Positions 34,544-45,701 are shown, numbered from the stretch's first letter. The stretch: DNA of 64,000 nt from an uncultured Alphaproteobacteria bacterium (GCA_902611475.1 CACLZW010000006.1:10720-74719), one strand, 5' to 3'. A program made the numbers and translations. The notes: generated by a model from the letters alone, not told the origin.

Positions 34544-35760
34544 TCTTTTTTATTCCTGCGCGCCAGTTCGCGTAGGCGAAGTGCCTTAAGCTTTATGAAT
34601 CCTTCAGCATCAGCTTGATTATAGTAACCTTCGTCGTCTTCAAAAGTTACTAATTGTTTGGAGTATAAACTCTTTGATGATGATCTGCTTACAACTTGAG
34701 CACTTCCTTTGTACAATTTTATTTTTACAGTTCCTTCAACACTATCCTGGCTTTTATCAATTAGGGTCTGTAAGAGATATCTTTCGGGGGTAAACCAAAG
34801 ACCATTGTAAATTAACTCAGCGTATCTTGGCATTATGTCATCTTTCAGATGTGCTGACCCACCATCTAGCGTCAGGCTTTCAATTGCTCTGTGAGCTTGT
34901 AAAAGTATAGTTCCTCCTGGAGTTTCATAAACGCCGCGCGATTTTATTCCCACAAATCTATTTTCAACTAAATCGAGCCTCCCTATTCCATGCAGTCTAC
35001 CAAAATCATTAAGTCTCTTGAGCAAGTTTGCAGGTGAGTATTCTTTGTCATCAATTTTTATTGGATCTCCATTTTTAAAGTTGATACTTATGTAGTCGGG
35101 TTTATCAGGTGCTTTTTCCGGATCATTGGTCCTCTGATACACATACTCAGGGGCTTCATCTTCTGGATTTTCCAAAATTAAACCTTCTGAAGATGTATGT
35201 AATAAATTAGCATCCACTGAAAAAGGGGGTTCCCCTACTTTATTTGCGGCAATAGGAATTTGGTGCTTTTCGGCAAAATCGATTAATTTTGTCCTACTAC
35301 TTAAGTCCCATTGTCTCCAGGGTGCAATAATCTTTATATCTGGATTAAGAGAGTATGCTGCTAATTCAAATCGTACCTGATCATTTCCTTTTCCTGTAGC
35401 ACCGTGACTTATTGAGTCTGCACCGACAATATCAGCAATCTCTATTAACCTCTTTGAGATGAGCGGCCTTGCAATAGATGTTCCCAGTAGGTATTGACCT
35501 TCATAAACTGTATTGCATCTAAACATTGGGAAAACATAATCTTTAACGAATTCCTCAGTGAGATCTTCAATAAAAATATGTTCTGGTTTAATTCCAAGTA
35601 ACAGAGCTTTATCTCGAGCGGCCTCTAGTTCCTCGCCTTGTCCAAGATCAGCCGTAAAACAAACTACCTCATAGTTTAACTCAGTTTGTAGCCACTTCAA
35701 TATAACTGATGTGTCAAGCCCGCCAGAGAAAGCAAGAACTACTCTTTTCTTTTGTGCCAT
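34540..35760 (-). CDS. argG: argininosuccinate synthase
   Basis: [28 protein letters not shown] and [22 protein letters not shown]. Confidence 0.98.
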   Translation of the reverse strand: MAQKKRVVLAFSGGLDTSVILKWLQTELNYEVVCFTADLGQGEELEAARDKALLLGIKPEHIFIEDLTEEFVKDYVFPMFRCNTVYEGQYLLGTSIARPLISKRLIEIADIVGADSISHGATGKGNDQVRFELAAYSLNPDIKIIAPWRQWDLSSRTKLIDFAEKHQIPIAANKVGEPPFSVDANLLHTSSEGLILENPEDEAPEYVYQRTNDPEKAPDKPDYISINFKNGDPIKIDDKEYSPANLLKRLNDFGRLHGIGRLDLVENRFVGIKSRGVYETPGGTILLQAHRAIESLTLDGGSAHLKDDIMPRYAELIYNGLWFTPERYLLQTLIDKSQDSVEGTVKIKLYKGSAQVVSRSSSKSLYSKQLVTFEDDEGYYNQADAEGFIKLKALRLRELARRNKKD

Positions 35761-35880
35761 ATAAGGCGTCCTTTCCTTACAACAATTTCTGTGATTGACA
35801 GTGTTTGTCTATCTATCCAAACTTAGAACACAGTTTTTAAATTGTGTAAAATATTATTAACAAGATCAGAAAGGTTTACC

Positions 35881-37056
35881 ATGATTGAAGAGATTACCTC
35901 ATTTAATTTTAATACCACGCCTAGAATTATTTACGGTCCTAACGTGGCAAAAAACGCGGATCCATTTTCTGAATTAATGGGTAATAGAATTCTTCTTATT
36001 ACTGATAAAGGGTTATCCAAGTTGGGACTTTATGAGGATTTGTTTAAACATCTTGAAAAGTATGATGCAAAAGTAATGGTATTTGATAACGTAGAGGCAG
36101 ATCCATCGTTAAAAACTTTGGAAAAGGCAATAAATTTTGGAAGAGAAATATCTTGTACCGGGGTTATCGGATTTGGTGGGGGTTCTTCAATGGACGTTGC
36201 TAAGCTAACGGCTTTAGTTTTGGGGTCAGGAGAAAATTTAGAAAGTGCATGGGGGGTGGGGAACGCTACAGGCCCGAGATTACCTCTATGTTTAATTCCG
36301 ACCACTGCTGGAACTGGGTCCGAGGTTACTCCTGTTTCAATTATCACTGTGGATGGTGATGAAAAAAGAGGGGTTTCTTCGCCGATTATCCTTCCAGACT
36401 TCGCAGTATTAGATCCTGTTCTAACCTTAGGATTGCCGGCATCAACTACTGCTGCCACCGGAATTGATGCAATGGTGCATGCAATCGAAGCCTATGCATC
36501 AAAAAATAAAAATAACAATCCTATGTCTGGCATTCTTGCAAAGGAGGCATTGGTGCTCTTGGGGAGTTCAATTAAAATGGCTGTCTCAGATCCAAAAAAC
36601 TTAGAAGCGAGAGGAAAAATGTTACTTGGATCAATGTTAGCTGGAATGGCTTTTGCAAATTCTCCAGTAGCTGCAGTCCATGCTCTAGCTTATCCACTTG
36701 GGGGGAGTTTTCATATAACCCATGGATTATCGAATGCTCTTGTACTTCCAGGAGTGCTACGGTTCAATGCAGTAGATGTGTGGGCAGCTAAAAAATATGC
36801 AGAGCTTTATCCTTTTCTTTTTCCAAGTGAAGAGATGGGGAATAATAACCAAACGAATGCATCGTTGTTTATCGAAAAACTGAGTGATTTATCTAAAGAG
36901 TTGGGACTACCCCAGAAATTGCGAGATGTTTCAATTCCGCAGGATGCCTGCGCGTCAATGGCTAAAGACGCTATGAAGCAAACGAGGTTGTTGGTAAATA
37001 ACCCAAGAGAGCTTACTGAGCAAGATGCTTACGATATATATACCTCGATTTGGTAA
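35881..37056 (+). CDS. iron-containing (group III) alcohol dehydrogenase
   Basis: ORF 35842..37056; ATG 35881 after GAAAGG preferred. GFGGGSSMDVAK, PTTAGTGSE and metal-site GIDAMVHAIEAY / HGLSNA. Substrate not deducible. Confidence 0.88.
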   Translation: MIEEITSFNFNTTPRIIYGPNVAKNADPFSELMGNRILLITDKGLSKLGLYEDLFKHLEKYDAKVMVFDNVEADPSLKTLEKAINFGREISCTGVIGFGGGSSMDVAKLTALVLGSGENLESAWGVGNATGPRLPLCLIPTTAGTGSEVTPVSIITVDGDEKRGVSSPIILPDFAVLDPVLTLGLPASTTAATGIDAMVHAIEAYASKNKNNNPMSGILAKEALVLLGSSIKMAVSDPKNLEARGKMLLGSMLAGMAFANSPVAAVHALAYPLGGSFHITHGLSNALVLPGVLRFNAVDVWAAKKYAELYPFLFPSEEMGNNNQTNASLFIEKLSDLSKELGLPQKLRDVSIPQDACASMAKDAMKQTRLLVNNPRELTEQDAYDIYTSIW

Positions 37057-37062
37057 GATCGC

Positions 37063-37839
37063 ATGCGATTAGCGTATAGTCGTTTTGGAGAGGGTAACGC
37101 GAGCAACGTCGTTATTTTGCATGGGTTGTTGGGATCAAAAAGAAATTGGTTTGGTATCGGAAAATCTCTTGCAGATCTTGGGTTCCACGTCTGCCTTGTT
37201 GACCTTAGAAACCACGGTGAGTCAGATTGGAGTGATAAGCATACTTATTTTGATTTAGCAGAGGACGTAAAAAACCTTCTTGAGAAACTTGGAATAACAA
37301 GGAGCTTTCTGATAGGGCACTCTATGGGCGGCAAGACTGCGATGGTCTTAGACAAACTCTATCAAGGTTTTATATCGAAGTTAGTCGTAGTAGATATAGC
37401 ACCAGTAAATTATCCACCAAATTTTGAAAGTTATTTAAGAGTTTTATCGTCGCTTGATCTTGGCAGCTTCAATGCAAGATCCAAAATTGATACAAAGCTT
37501 TCTGAATATTTCGAGGAAGTAAGTTTCAGATCTTTTCTGATGCAAAATTTAAAAATGGACAAAAAAAAAAATTTCTATTGGCGAGTTAATTTAACATCCC
37601 TAATTGCGAATATTGTTGCCATAAGTGAGTTTCCAGTTATGAATGGTGTCTCTAATACAAAGGCTCTTTTCTTATACGGTGATTCATCGGAATATGGTGT
37701 TGAAGATCATAGGGGTATAATTAAAGAAAGTTTCCCATTAAGCGAGTTTGCTCCTGTAGCTAACGCCGGGCATTGGGTTCATGTTGAAAAACCCATAAAA
37801 TTTATAGAAATAGTTACAAAATTTTTAAAATCGGATTAA
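37063..37839 (+). CDS. alpha/beta hydrolase (YbfF-like esterase)
   Basis: VVILHGLLGS, nucleophile elbow GHSMGG, C-terminal NAGHWVHVEKP. Confidence 0.85.
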   Translation: MRLAYSRFGEGNASNVVILHGLLGSKRNWFGIGKSLADLGFHVCLVDLRNHGESDWSDKHTYFDLAEDVKNLLEKLGITRSFLIGHSMGGKTAMVLDKLYQGFISKLVVVDIAPVNYPPNFESYLRVLSSLDLGSFNARSKIDTKLSEYFEEVSFRSFLMQNLKMDKKKNFYWRVNLTSLIANIVAISEFPVMNGVSNTKALFLYGDSSEYGVEDHRGIIKESFPLSEFAPVANAGHWVHVEKPIKFIEIVTKFLKSD

Positions 37840-37863
37840 TATCTAAAATTATGGATCAGAAGA

Positions 37864-38205
37864 ATGGATGATTATTTAGTAAAATCGATTAATAACTATG
37901 CTATGAAAAGAGGCATCGCACGCACTAAGGAACAAGTTCATTTCTTTATCAAATTCGATGGGAAAAAATACCCAATATCCTATTTTGATGAGAACGTTTT
38001 AGAAGTTGAAACAAGTGTAGTTCCAAATTTGCGTGGTTTAGTTGATATTTACAAGCTTGATAAATTTTTTGCGCAGGGTTTATTGGTGATGATGGAAAGC
38101 AATGAGTATATCACCAAGTATGAGTATAAGAGATATACTCCCTCTAAGACAATGCAACCCTCCGATTACGTATTTCAAGGTATATGTAAAGCTGAGGGGA
38201 ATTAA
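37864..38205 (+). CDS. hypothetical protein (no family recognised)
   Basis: 113-aa ORF with ATG start and no TM segment or signal peptide. Sits 24 nt after the hydrolase gene and 8 nt before the aminotransferase gene, so probably co-transcribed. Confidence 0.55.
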   Translation: MDDYLVKSINNYAMKRGIARTKEQVHFFIKFDGKKYPISYFDENVLEVETSVVPNLRGLVDIYKLDKFFAQGLLVMMESNEYITKYEYKRYTPSKTMQPSDYVFQGICKAEGN

Positions 38206-38213
38206 AGCGCACA

Positions 38214-39080
38214 TTGCTAGATAAGGAAAATCAAAGAGTTTATGTGAATGGAGAATTCTTTTCAAAAAAAGAAGCTAAAATATCAGTATTTGACAGAGGT
38301 TTTTTATTCTCTGATTCCGTTTACGAAGTAACTGCTGTCCTTGATGGTTACTTAGTAGATTGGAAAGAGCATTTTGCAAGACTTATTAGATCATTGAGGC
38401 ATTTGAACCTTGAAAATAATTTTCAAGAAGAAGAATTTTATCAAATTCAAAAAAAATTAATAAAAGAAAATCAGCTTAAAGAAGGGCTTTGTTACGTTCA
38501 AGTCACGAGAGGCATTGCAGATAGAGACTTCAATTTTGCAAAAAAGTCATTATTACCTACAGTTGTAATATTTACACAAGAAAAACAAATTTTAAATAAT
38601 GCAACTAGTAAAGTGGGCATAAAAATCATCACAGTGCCTGACGATAGGTGGCGTAGAAGAGATATAAAGACTACTCAACTTCTTGCGCAATCATTAGCAA
38701 AAACGCACGCGGTCCAAAAAGGTGTGGATGATAGTTTACTTGTTCAAGGTGGTTTTATAAATGAGGGCTCATCAAGTAATGTATTCATTTTTAAAGAGGA
38801 ACACATTATTACACCAAGTTTGTCAAATGATATCCTAGGAGGTATTACTAGGTCTTCGGTGATAAAATTTTGTCAAATAAATAATATCGAAATCAAGGAG
38901 CAAAAGATCAATATTGACGATTTGATGAATGCGCAAGAGGTTTTTCTTACCTCAGCTACTGGTTTCGTGCTCCCCGTTGTTGAAGTAAATGGAAAACGTG
39001 TGGGAAATGGATCAGTTGGAGATATTGTTAAAAAAATCCAGCGAATATATATAGAACAGATTAAAGCGAAACTTTCCTAG
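38214..39080 (+). CDS. class IV (D-amino-acid / branched-chain) aminotransferase
   Basis: VYVNGEF...ISVFDRGFLFSDSVYEV N-terminus, YVQVTRG, NVFIFK and TPSLSNDILGGITR blocks of fold-type IV PLP enzymes. TTG start. Confidence 0.82.
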   Translation: MLDKENQRVYVNGEFFSKKEAKISVFDRGFLFSDSVYEVTAVLDGYLVDWKEHFARLIRSLRHLNLENNFQEEEFYQIQKKLIKENQLKEGLCYVQVTRGIADRDFNFAKKSLLPTVVIFTQEKQILNNATSKVGIKIITVPDDRWRRRDIKTTQLLAQSLAKTHAVQKGVDDSLLVQGGFINEGSSSNVFIFKEEHIITPSLSNDILGGITRSSVIKFCQINNIEIKEQKINIDDLMNAQEVFLTSATGFVLPVVEVNGKRVGNGSVGDIVKKIQRIYIEQIKAKLS

Positions 39081-39096
39081 ATTTTTGTAAATCAAG

Positions 39097-39342
39097 CTAC
39101 TTCTGGAATTTTTTTTTCCATTCATCATAAGGCATACCATAGACATACTCTTGAGCCTCCTTGATTGATAAGGCTTCATCTGATCCGCTAGCTGCCTCAT
39201 GCATCCATTTGTACAAACAATTTCTACAAAACCCTGTTAAGTTCATTATTTCTATATTTTGTACATCAGTTCTACTCTGCAAATGAGAGATTAATCTTCT
39301 GAAAGTTTGGCTTTCAATTTTTTCTAAGTTTTTACTATTCAT
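39097..39342 (-). CDS. DUF1244 domain-containing protein
   Basis: 81 aa. FRRLISHLQSRTDVQNIEIMNLTGFCRNCLYKW...YGMPYDEWK matches the DUF1244 pattern. Confidence 0.8.
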   Translation of the reverse strand: MNSKNLEKIESQTFRRLISHLQSRTDVQNIEIMNLTGFCRNCLYKWMHEAASGSDEALSIKEAQEYVYGMPYDEWKKKFQK

Positions 39343-39427
39343 TTATCTCACTCATAAATTAAAAAAAAGTTTTTTATTTCTTATAATTCTCTATTCTACA
39401 GAAAAAATAACAATATCGTGCATATAA

Positions 39428-40873
39428 ATGAAAAAGCAACTCCATAGAAACCGTAAAGTAAAAATATTAGCCACCCTGGGCCCTGCCTCAGACACTAAAT
39501 TGGAAATTAGAAAAATGTTTTTAGCCGGGGCGGATATTTTCAGATTAAATATGTCCCACGGTGATCACTCAGCTGTGGAAAAGAGACATAATATTTTAAG
39601 AGATTTAGAGAAAGAATTTTCGAGACCAATATGTATCCTGGCCGATCTACAGGGTCCAAAGCTAAGATGCGGTGATTTTAAGGGTACAAAAACAAGTTTA
39701 CAGGCGGGACAACAGTTTTGTTTTGATCTAATAGAAAGGCTGGGAAATAAAGAACGAGTTTGCCTACCGCATCCCAAGATATTCCAGTCAGTAAAAAAGG
39801 GAGATAAGCTTCTGATTGATGATGGTAAAGTTGCTATGCAAGTAAGTAAAGCATCAGAAAAAAAAATAGAGTGCGTTGTTTTGAATGATGGAATTATTTC
39901 AAACAAAAAAGGGGTTAACTGCCCAGATAGTATTTTAGACCTCGCTCCTTTAACAGAGAAAGATAGGCAAGACTTGGAGTTTGTTTGTGGTCTTGGAGTA
40001 GACTGGATTGGCTTATCTTTTGTACAGAGAGCGAAAGATGTAGACGATGTAAAAAAGTTATTAAAGGGAAGGGCAGGCATTATTGCAAAAATTGAGAAAC
40101 CTGCTGCAGTAAAAGTTTTCGACTCGATTATTGATTCTGCTGATGGAATTATGGTCGCACGAGGAGACCTTGGTGTTGAGTTACCAATTGAAGCAGTACC
40201 ACCTATTCAAAAAAGACTTGTAATGAAATCACGTCAAATGGGCAAGCCTGTAATAGTAGCAACACAGATGATGGAAAGTATGATTTATTCGACCACACCA
40301 ACCCGAGCTGAAGTTTCGGATGTCGCGCAGGCAATATATGATGGTGTAGATGCAGTAATGCTGTCTGCCGAAACAGCAATAGGCACTCATCCAGAGAAAG
40401 TTATAGAAGCAGTAGATAAAATCGCTGTTGAAACGGAAAAAGACCCGCTCTATTTCCACAATTTGGAAACTTCGAGATCTGTTTCGAAAGAAGGGGTTTC
40501 AAATGCAATAACAGTTGCTGCGAGAGAGGTAGCTGATAACATAAACGTGAAGGTTATTTGTTGCTTCACCCATGGTGGAACAACAGCTGAACTTGCATCT
40601 AGGGAAAGACCTCGAGCACCAATAATTGCCTTAACTCCATATATAGAAACTGCAAGAAAACTTACTTTGTTTTGGGGGTTGCATTGTGTGGTTACCACAC
40701 CTGTAGATCGATTCAAGAGGGCAGTGATAAATGCTGTTAAAGCCGCAAAGTTATTCGACTTTGCTTCAGGGAAAGATCTGATCATTGTTATTGCAGGAGT
40801 GCCATTCAATACACCTGGATCAACAAACATATTAAGGGTGGTATCTTTAGAAGAAAACTTTGATGATTTTTGA
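39428..40873 (+). CDS. pyk: pyruvate kinase
   Basis: KILATLGPAS, FRLNMSHG, MVARGDLGVELP and ATQMMESM motifs. Confidence 0.97.
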   Translation: MKKQLHRNRKVKILATLGPASDTKLEIRKMFLAGADIFRLNMSHGDHSAVEKRHNILRDLEKEFSRPICILADLQGPKLRCGDFKGTKTSLQAGQQFCFDLIERLGNKERVCLPHPKIFQSVKKGDKLLIDDGKVAMQVSKASEKKIECVVLNDGIISNKKGVNCPDSILDLAPLTEKDRQDLEFVCGLGVDWIGLSFVQRAKDVDDVKKLLKGRAGIIAKIEKPAAVKVFDSIIDSADGIMVARGDLGVELPIEAVPPIQKRLVMKSRQMGKPVIVATQMMESMIYSTTPTRAEVSDVAQAIYDGVDAVMLSAETAIGTHPEKVIEAVDKIAVETEKDPLYFHNLETSRSVSKEGVSNAITVAAREVADNINVKVICCFTHGGTTAELASRERPRAPIIALTPYIETARKLTLFWGLHCVVTTPVDRFKRAVINAVKAAKLFDFASGKDLIIVIAGVPFNTPGSTNILRVVSLEENFDDF

Positions 40874-40950
40874 GAAAAATATAAAGAAATGCTTGTATAG
40901 TTATTAGAATATCCCTATAAACACTTTGGAACAGTGTGTTGAGAAAAAAA

Positions 40951-41151
40951 ATGCCTAAGATGAAGACAAAATCAGGTGCTAAAAAGCGATTTAAAATTAC
41001 GGCGTCAGGGCGTGTTAAGTCTGCGCAGGCAGGAAAAAGGCACGGTATGATAAAAAGATCAAGCAAATTTATACGAAACGCGAGAGGCACAACAACTTTG
41101 TGTAAGTCAGACGAAAACATAGTTAAATCTTACATGCCTTATTCCAGGTAG
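40951..41151 (+). CDS. rpmI: 50S ribosomal protein L35
   Basis: ORF 40936..41151. ATG 40951 gives [20 protein letters not shown], the canonical L35 N-terminus. Confidence 0.95.
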   Translation: MPKMKTKSGAKKRFKITASGRVKSAQAGKRHGMIKRSSKFIRNARGTTTLCKSDENIVKSYMPYSR

Positions 41152-41163
41152 GAGGGTTATTAG

Positions 41164-41526
41164 TTGACTAGAGTTAAATCAGGAGTAGTAACGCACGCAA
41201 GACATCGGAAGGTGGTTAAGGCGGCTAAAGGCTACTACGGTGCAAGAAGTAGGAATTTCAGAACTGCTAAACAAGCTGTAGACAGAGCTATGCAGTATGC
41301 GACCAGAGATCGTAAGGTTAGAAAACGTGTCTTTAGAGCGCTCTGGATACAGAGGTTGAACGCAGCTGTGAGGCAAATAGACAGCAAACTCAATTATTCG
41401 AAGTTTATACATGGACTGGATAAAGCTGGCATCAATCTCGATAGAAAAGTTTTAGCGGATATTGCGGTACACGACCCCAAAGCTTTTGGACAGATAGTAT
41501 CTCGTGCGCAAGGCGCGCTAAACTAG
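41164..41526 (+). CDS. rplT: 50S ribosomal protein L20
   Basis: [31 protein letters not shown] start 8 nt after GGAGGG. Confidence 0.96.
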   Translation: MTRVKSGVVTHARHRKVVKAAKGYYGARSRNFRTAKQAVDRAMQYATRDRKVRKRVFRALWIQRLNAAVRQIDSKLNYSKFIHGLDKAGINLDRKVLADIAVHDPKAFGQIVSRAQGALN

Positions 41527-41584
41527 CAACATGACCGATTTCATTCGGTACAAAATGTTCTTATGATAAATCTTAGATCTATGT

Positions 41585-42673
41585 ATGGAGATTTCAGTAG
41601 AAAATATAAAGTATTTGGAGTTAATTAAGACAGCTCAGTCTGTTAATGATCTTGAACAGGTTAGGATAAGCCTGCTTGGTAAAAAGGGGGTGATTACTAA
41701 CCTATTGAGATCATTGGGTCAAATGGAAGCTAAAGAACGACAAATAAAATCTCCACAGTATAACAATCTCAAGCAAACTCTAGAAGAGGCTATTAAAGAG
41801 AGTAGGGAAAGACTACTGAATAAGGAGATTGAAGACAGAATAGATACTGAATGGCTTGATATCTCGCAAGACCCCAGAGAGATGAATTCAGGCCTAATAC
41901 ACCCTGTAAGCAGAGTTACAGAAGAAATCATATCAATTTTCTCAGACCTAGGATTCTCGGTAGCTGAAGGACCCCAAATTGAAAGTGACTGGTACAATTT
42001 TGATTCACTAAATATTCCCCCCAATCATCCAGCTCGTCAGGAGTTTGATACTTTTTACATCGATCCCGGTGATGAGAGCAATAAAGGAAATTTTTCACCT
42101 AACGTACTAAGAACCCACACTAGCCCAGTACAAGTAAGATTTATGGAAAAACATGGAGCACCTTGTAGAATTATTGCACCCGGACGAGTATATAGATCGG
42201 ATTACGATCTCACCCATACTCCAATGTTTCATCAGATTGAAGGTTTAGCGGTAGGTGAAGATATCTCTATGTCAAACTTAAAATGGGTTTTGGTTGAGTT
42301 TTGTAAGGCTTTTTTTGAGTTAAATAGCATAGACTTAAGATTTCGTGCCAGTCATTTTCCTTTTACAGAGCCCTCGGCGGAAGTTGACATAAGGTGTTCC
42401 TGGGTTGAAAATTCCTTAGTTGTTGGTAAAGGAGATGACTGGATGGAAATATTGGGCAGCGGAATGGTACACCCTAATGTCCTGGAGGCTGCTAACGTCG
42501 ATAGTAAGAAGTTTCAGGGATTTGCTTTTGGAATGGGTATAGATAGGCTCGCGATGCTAAAATATGGTATGCCAGATCTTAGATCATTCTTTGATAATGA
42601 CATTAGATGGTTAAAACATTATGGCTTTGCGGCAGAAAAAAGTTCTAATCTCTATGATAAACTTAGTGGATAA
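41585..42673 (+). CDS. pheS: phenylalanine--tRNA ligase subunit alpha
   Basis: [31 protein letters not shown] and [14 protein letters not shown]. Confidence 0.97.
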   Translation: MEISVENIKYLELIKTAQSVNDLEQVRISLLGKKGVITNLLRSLGQMEAKERQIKSPQYNNLKQTLEEAIKESRERLLNKEIEDRIDTEWLDISQDPREMNSGLIHPVSRVTEEIISIFSDLGFSVAEGPQIESDWYNFDSLNIPPNHPARQEFDTFYIDPGDESNKGNFSPNVLRTHTSPVQVRFMEKHGAPCRIIAPGRVYRSDYDLTHTPMFHQIEGLAVGEDISMSNLKWVLVEFCKAFFELNSIDLRFRASHFPFTEPSAEVDIRCSWVENSLVVGKGDDWMEILGSGMVHPNVLEAANVDSKKFQGFAFGMGIDRLAMLKYGMPDLRSFFDNDIRWLKHYGFAAEKSSNLYDKLSG

Positions 42674-42695
42674 AAATTAGAGTAGAAGTTTTAAT

Positions 42696-45098
42696 ATGAA
42701 GTTTTCTTTTTCATGGCTTAAGGATTATCTAGAGACAGATTTATCTGTTGAGAAAGTAGGAGAAGTTCTCACCGATACAGGGCTAGAAGTTGAGTCCCTA
42801 ACTGACCCAAGAAAGCGTTTGGGGCAATTGTCTGTAGGAGAAATACTAAAAGTTGAAAAACACCCTAATGCTGACAAATTGAAAGTATGTGAGGTTAAGT
42901 CAAGCACTGGAATATTAAAAATTGTTTGTGGTGCACCAAATGTTAAGAATGGAATGAAAGTGGTTGTTGCTAAGCCAGGTGATTTTATACCTGGATTAAA
43001 TGTCAACCTAAAAGCCTCAAAGATCAGAGATGTAAAAAGTGAGGGAATGATGTGTTCAGAAAGGGAATTAGAAATTTCAGATGAACACGATGGAATTATA
43101 GAGCTGCCCTCCGAGACTGAAGTGGGGACGCTTTTTTCTGAATTAGTTGGAGATGAAGAAATAGTTTTCGAAATCGCAATTACCCCAAATAGACCTGACG
43201 CACTAGGTATTTATGGAATTGCCAGGGATCTATCGGCTAGTGGTATAGGAAAATTACGTGACAGTAAGACACCCTCTGTTGAAGGGATTTTTAAGCCAAA
43301 TTTAAATATTAATTTGGACAAAGAGGTGTCTTCAAAAGAATGTCCCCTTTTCATAGGCCGATATTTACGAAACGTACAAAATGGCGAGTCTCCACAATGG
43401 CTCAAGACGCGTTTAATAAGTATTGGGTTAAATCCAATCTCAGCATTAGTTGATGTTACAAATTATCTCACATTTGATAGAGCAAGACCTCTACATGTTT
43501 TCGACGCTGATAAACTATCTGGTGATTTAACAGTAAGAAGATCTGTTGAAGGAGAGAAATTTCATGCTCTTGATGATAAAATATATGAGTTAAATGAAGG
43601 AATGATTGTAATAACAGATGAAAAAGAAATTGTATCTCTGGGGGGTATAATAGGAGGTTTGAAAAGTGCTGTATCGGACGAAACAAAAAATGTATTGTTA
43701 GAGGCTGCTTACTTCGATCCGATATCAATAGCTGCAACAGGTAGAAAACTCCAAATAAATTCAGACGCTAGATATCGGTTTGAAAGGGGTGTGGATCCGA
43801 GCTTTACCTTATCTGGATCACATATTGCAACTAAGATGATTTTAGATTTATGTGGGGGCGAAGCTTCAAATATTATTATCTCGGGGTCAGTGCCATCTTT
43901 TGAGAAAAAAATTATTTTCGATCCTAAAAAAGTCAATCAATTGATAGGAATAGAAGTAAGCAAGGCAAGACAACTTGAGATATTAAAGTCTCTCGGTTTT
44001 TCAATAAAGGAAGTGGGAAACAAATTGGATATATTAGTTCCTGCCTGGAGGCCAGATGTGCATGGCGAGGTAGATATAATAGAGGAGGTCGCAAGGATAA
44101 ATTCATTAGCAAACTTGCCCAGTATTCCGATGGCCAGGAAAGAGGGAGTATTAAAACCCCTTTTAACTGATAGACAGAGCAGGCAAAACCTTGCTAGAAG
44201 GGTTTGTGCTTCCATGGGATATTTGGAGTGTTTGTCATATAGCTTTATCGACAAGAGGTCAATTGAGCGATTTAGTAGCAACACATCAAAGGAGATTACT
44301 CTTATAAATCCAATTAGCAGTGAAATGACGCACATGCGACAGTCGCTCTTACCAGGCTTAATAAAAATAGTAGAGAAAAATCAGGCTAAAGGTATTAAAG
44401 ATCTTGCAATATTCGAACAAGGATATTGTTTTGAGAGCAATCAAGTTGGCGATGAAACCTATCAAATTTCTGGAGTCTTGTCGGGTATTAAAAGTAACTT
44501 CAATCTTTACAAGGAAATTAGACCTTTTGATATTTTTGATGTAAAAAAAGATCTATTTAAATTATTAGGATATTTGAACCTAAAAGTGGACAACCTTAAA
44601 CTTGAAAGAGATGCTCCAGAATTTCTTCATCCAAAAAGGTCAGCCAGGGTTATGCTTGGAAATAAAATAGTCGCAATCTTTGGTGAAGTTAGCCCACTCA
44701 TTGCTAAAGATTACGCTATTAGAGAACGAATAAATTGCTTCACTATCCATCTAGATAATATACCCTTCCCAAAGAAAAAAAAGATTACCAGAGATGCTCT
44801 TTTTTTGAGTACTTTGCAACCAATTGAAAGAGATTTTTCTTTTCTCATTGATGAAAAGACTGAGTATGGAGCACTAAAGAAGGCGATTGTTTCCCTCAAA
44901 AACCCTTTGATCGACAAAATAAATATTGTCGATGTCTTCCAGGGGGAAACTGAAAAAAAACAGAGTAAAAAGTCTCTGTCAATAAGGATTAAATTTCAGC
45001 CTTTAGAAAAAACTCTTAATGATGCTGATATAGAGCAAATGTGTAAGGATATAATTAGAGAAGTCAGTGAAAAAGTTAATGGAATTTTAAAGTCATAA
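42696..45098 (+). CDS. pheT: phenylalanine--tRNA ligase subunit beta
   Basis: MKFSFSWLKDYL N-terminus, tRNA-binding OB domain (HPNADKLKVC), B3/4 and FDX-ACB domains. 800 aa. Confidence 0.97.
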   Translation: MKFSFSWLKDYLETDLSVEKVGEVLTDTGLEVESLTDPRKRLGQLSVGEILKVEKHPNADKLKVCEVKSSTGILKIVCGAPNVKNGMKVVVAKPGDFIPGLNVNLKASKIRDVKSEGMMCSERELEISDEHDGIIELPSETEVGTLFSELVGDEEIVFEIAITPNRPDALGIYGIARDLSASGIGKLRDSKTPSVEGIFKPNLNINLDKEVSSKECPLFIGRYLRNVQNGESPQWLKTRLISIGLNPISALVDVTNYLTFDRARPLHVFDADKLSGDLTVRRSVEGEKFHALDDKIYELNEGMIVITDEKEIVSLGGIIGGLKSAVSDETKNVLLEAAYFDPISIAATGRKLQINSDARYRFERGVDPSFTLSGSHIATKMILDLCGGEASNIIISGSVPSFEKKIIFDPKKVNQLIGIEVSKARQLEILKSLGFSIKEVGNKLDILVPAWRPDVHGEVDIIEEVARINSLANLPSIPMARKEGVLKPLLTDRQSRQNLARRVCASMGYLECLSYSFIDKRSIERFSSNTSKEITLINPISSEMTHMRQSLLPGLIKIVEKNQAKGIKDLAIFEQGYCFESNQVGDETYQISGVLSGIKSNFNLYKEIRPFDIFDVKKDLFKLLGYLNLKVDNLKLERDAPEFLHPKRSARVMLGNKIVAIFGEVSPLIAKDYAIRERINCFTIHLDNIPFPKKKKITRDALFLSTLQPIERDFSFLIDEKTEYGALKKAIVSLKNPLIDKINIVDVFQGETEKKQSKKSLSIRIKFQPLEKTLNDADIEQMCKDIIREVSEKVNGILKS

Positions 45099-45107
45099 TA
45101 AATGTAA

Positions 45108-45578
45108 TTAGTTATATTCGATCTTGATTATTTCATAGTGTTTTGCCCCTCCTGGCGTATTAACCTCCACTTCATCTCCCTCCTCTTTACCGATTAGCGC
45201 TCTAGCGAGTGGTGAGTTTACGTTAAGAAGGCCTTTCTCTAAATCTGCTTCAGCCTCTCCCACGATTTGATATGTAATCTCTCTTTCAGTTTCTTCTAGA
45301 AATAGAGTTGTCTTAGCTCCAAATTTTATAGGACCATTAAGCTTAGAAACATCAATTACTTCTGCTAGTGAAATTATAGCTTCCAATTCCTTTATTCTAC
45401 CTTCAATAAACGATTGCTTTTCTCTTGCAGAATGGTACTCAGCATTCTCAGATAAATCACCTAACTCCCGTGCCTCAGATATGGCTTTAATAATATTTGG
45501 CCTATCATCTGCCTTGAGTTTACGTAGTTCTTCTTCGAGCCTATTATAGCCGTTTTTAGTTAAAGGAATTTTTTCCAT
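45108..45578 (-). CDS. greA: transcription elongation factor GreA
   Basis: [50 protein letters not shown]. Confidence 0.96.
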   Translation of the reverse strand: MEKIPLTKNGYNRLEEELRKLKADDRPNIIKAISEARELGDLSENAEYHSAREKQSFIEGRIKELEAIISLAEVIDVSKLNGPIKFGAKTTLFLEETEREITYQIVGEAEADLEKGLLNVNSPLARALIGKEEGDEVEVNTPGGAKHYEIIKIEYN

Positions 45579-45701
45579 ATTATTTCACACAAAAAAAAAT
45601 AATAACATTTTTATTTGTTTTTTTACACCTTTATTAAGAAAAAACTATATGTTATTTAATTGGTAACATAGAGAAAGTATTCTGAGATTAAAAGGTAAGA
45701 T

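Noticed and set aside
35842-35880. A GTG-initiated 13-codon extension of the Fe-ADH ORF.
   Set aside because: The ATG at 35881 is preceded by GAAAGG at proper spacing, and family homology starts after it.
40920-40940. A short inverted repeat (AACAC...GTGTT / ACACT...AGTGT) in the rpmI leader, considered as an L20-type autoregulatory structure.
   Set aside because: It has only 5 bp of pairing and no pseudoknot partner that I can see. That is not enough for a claim.
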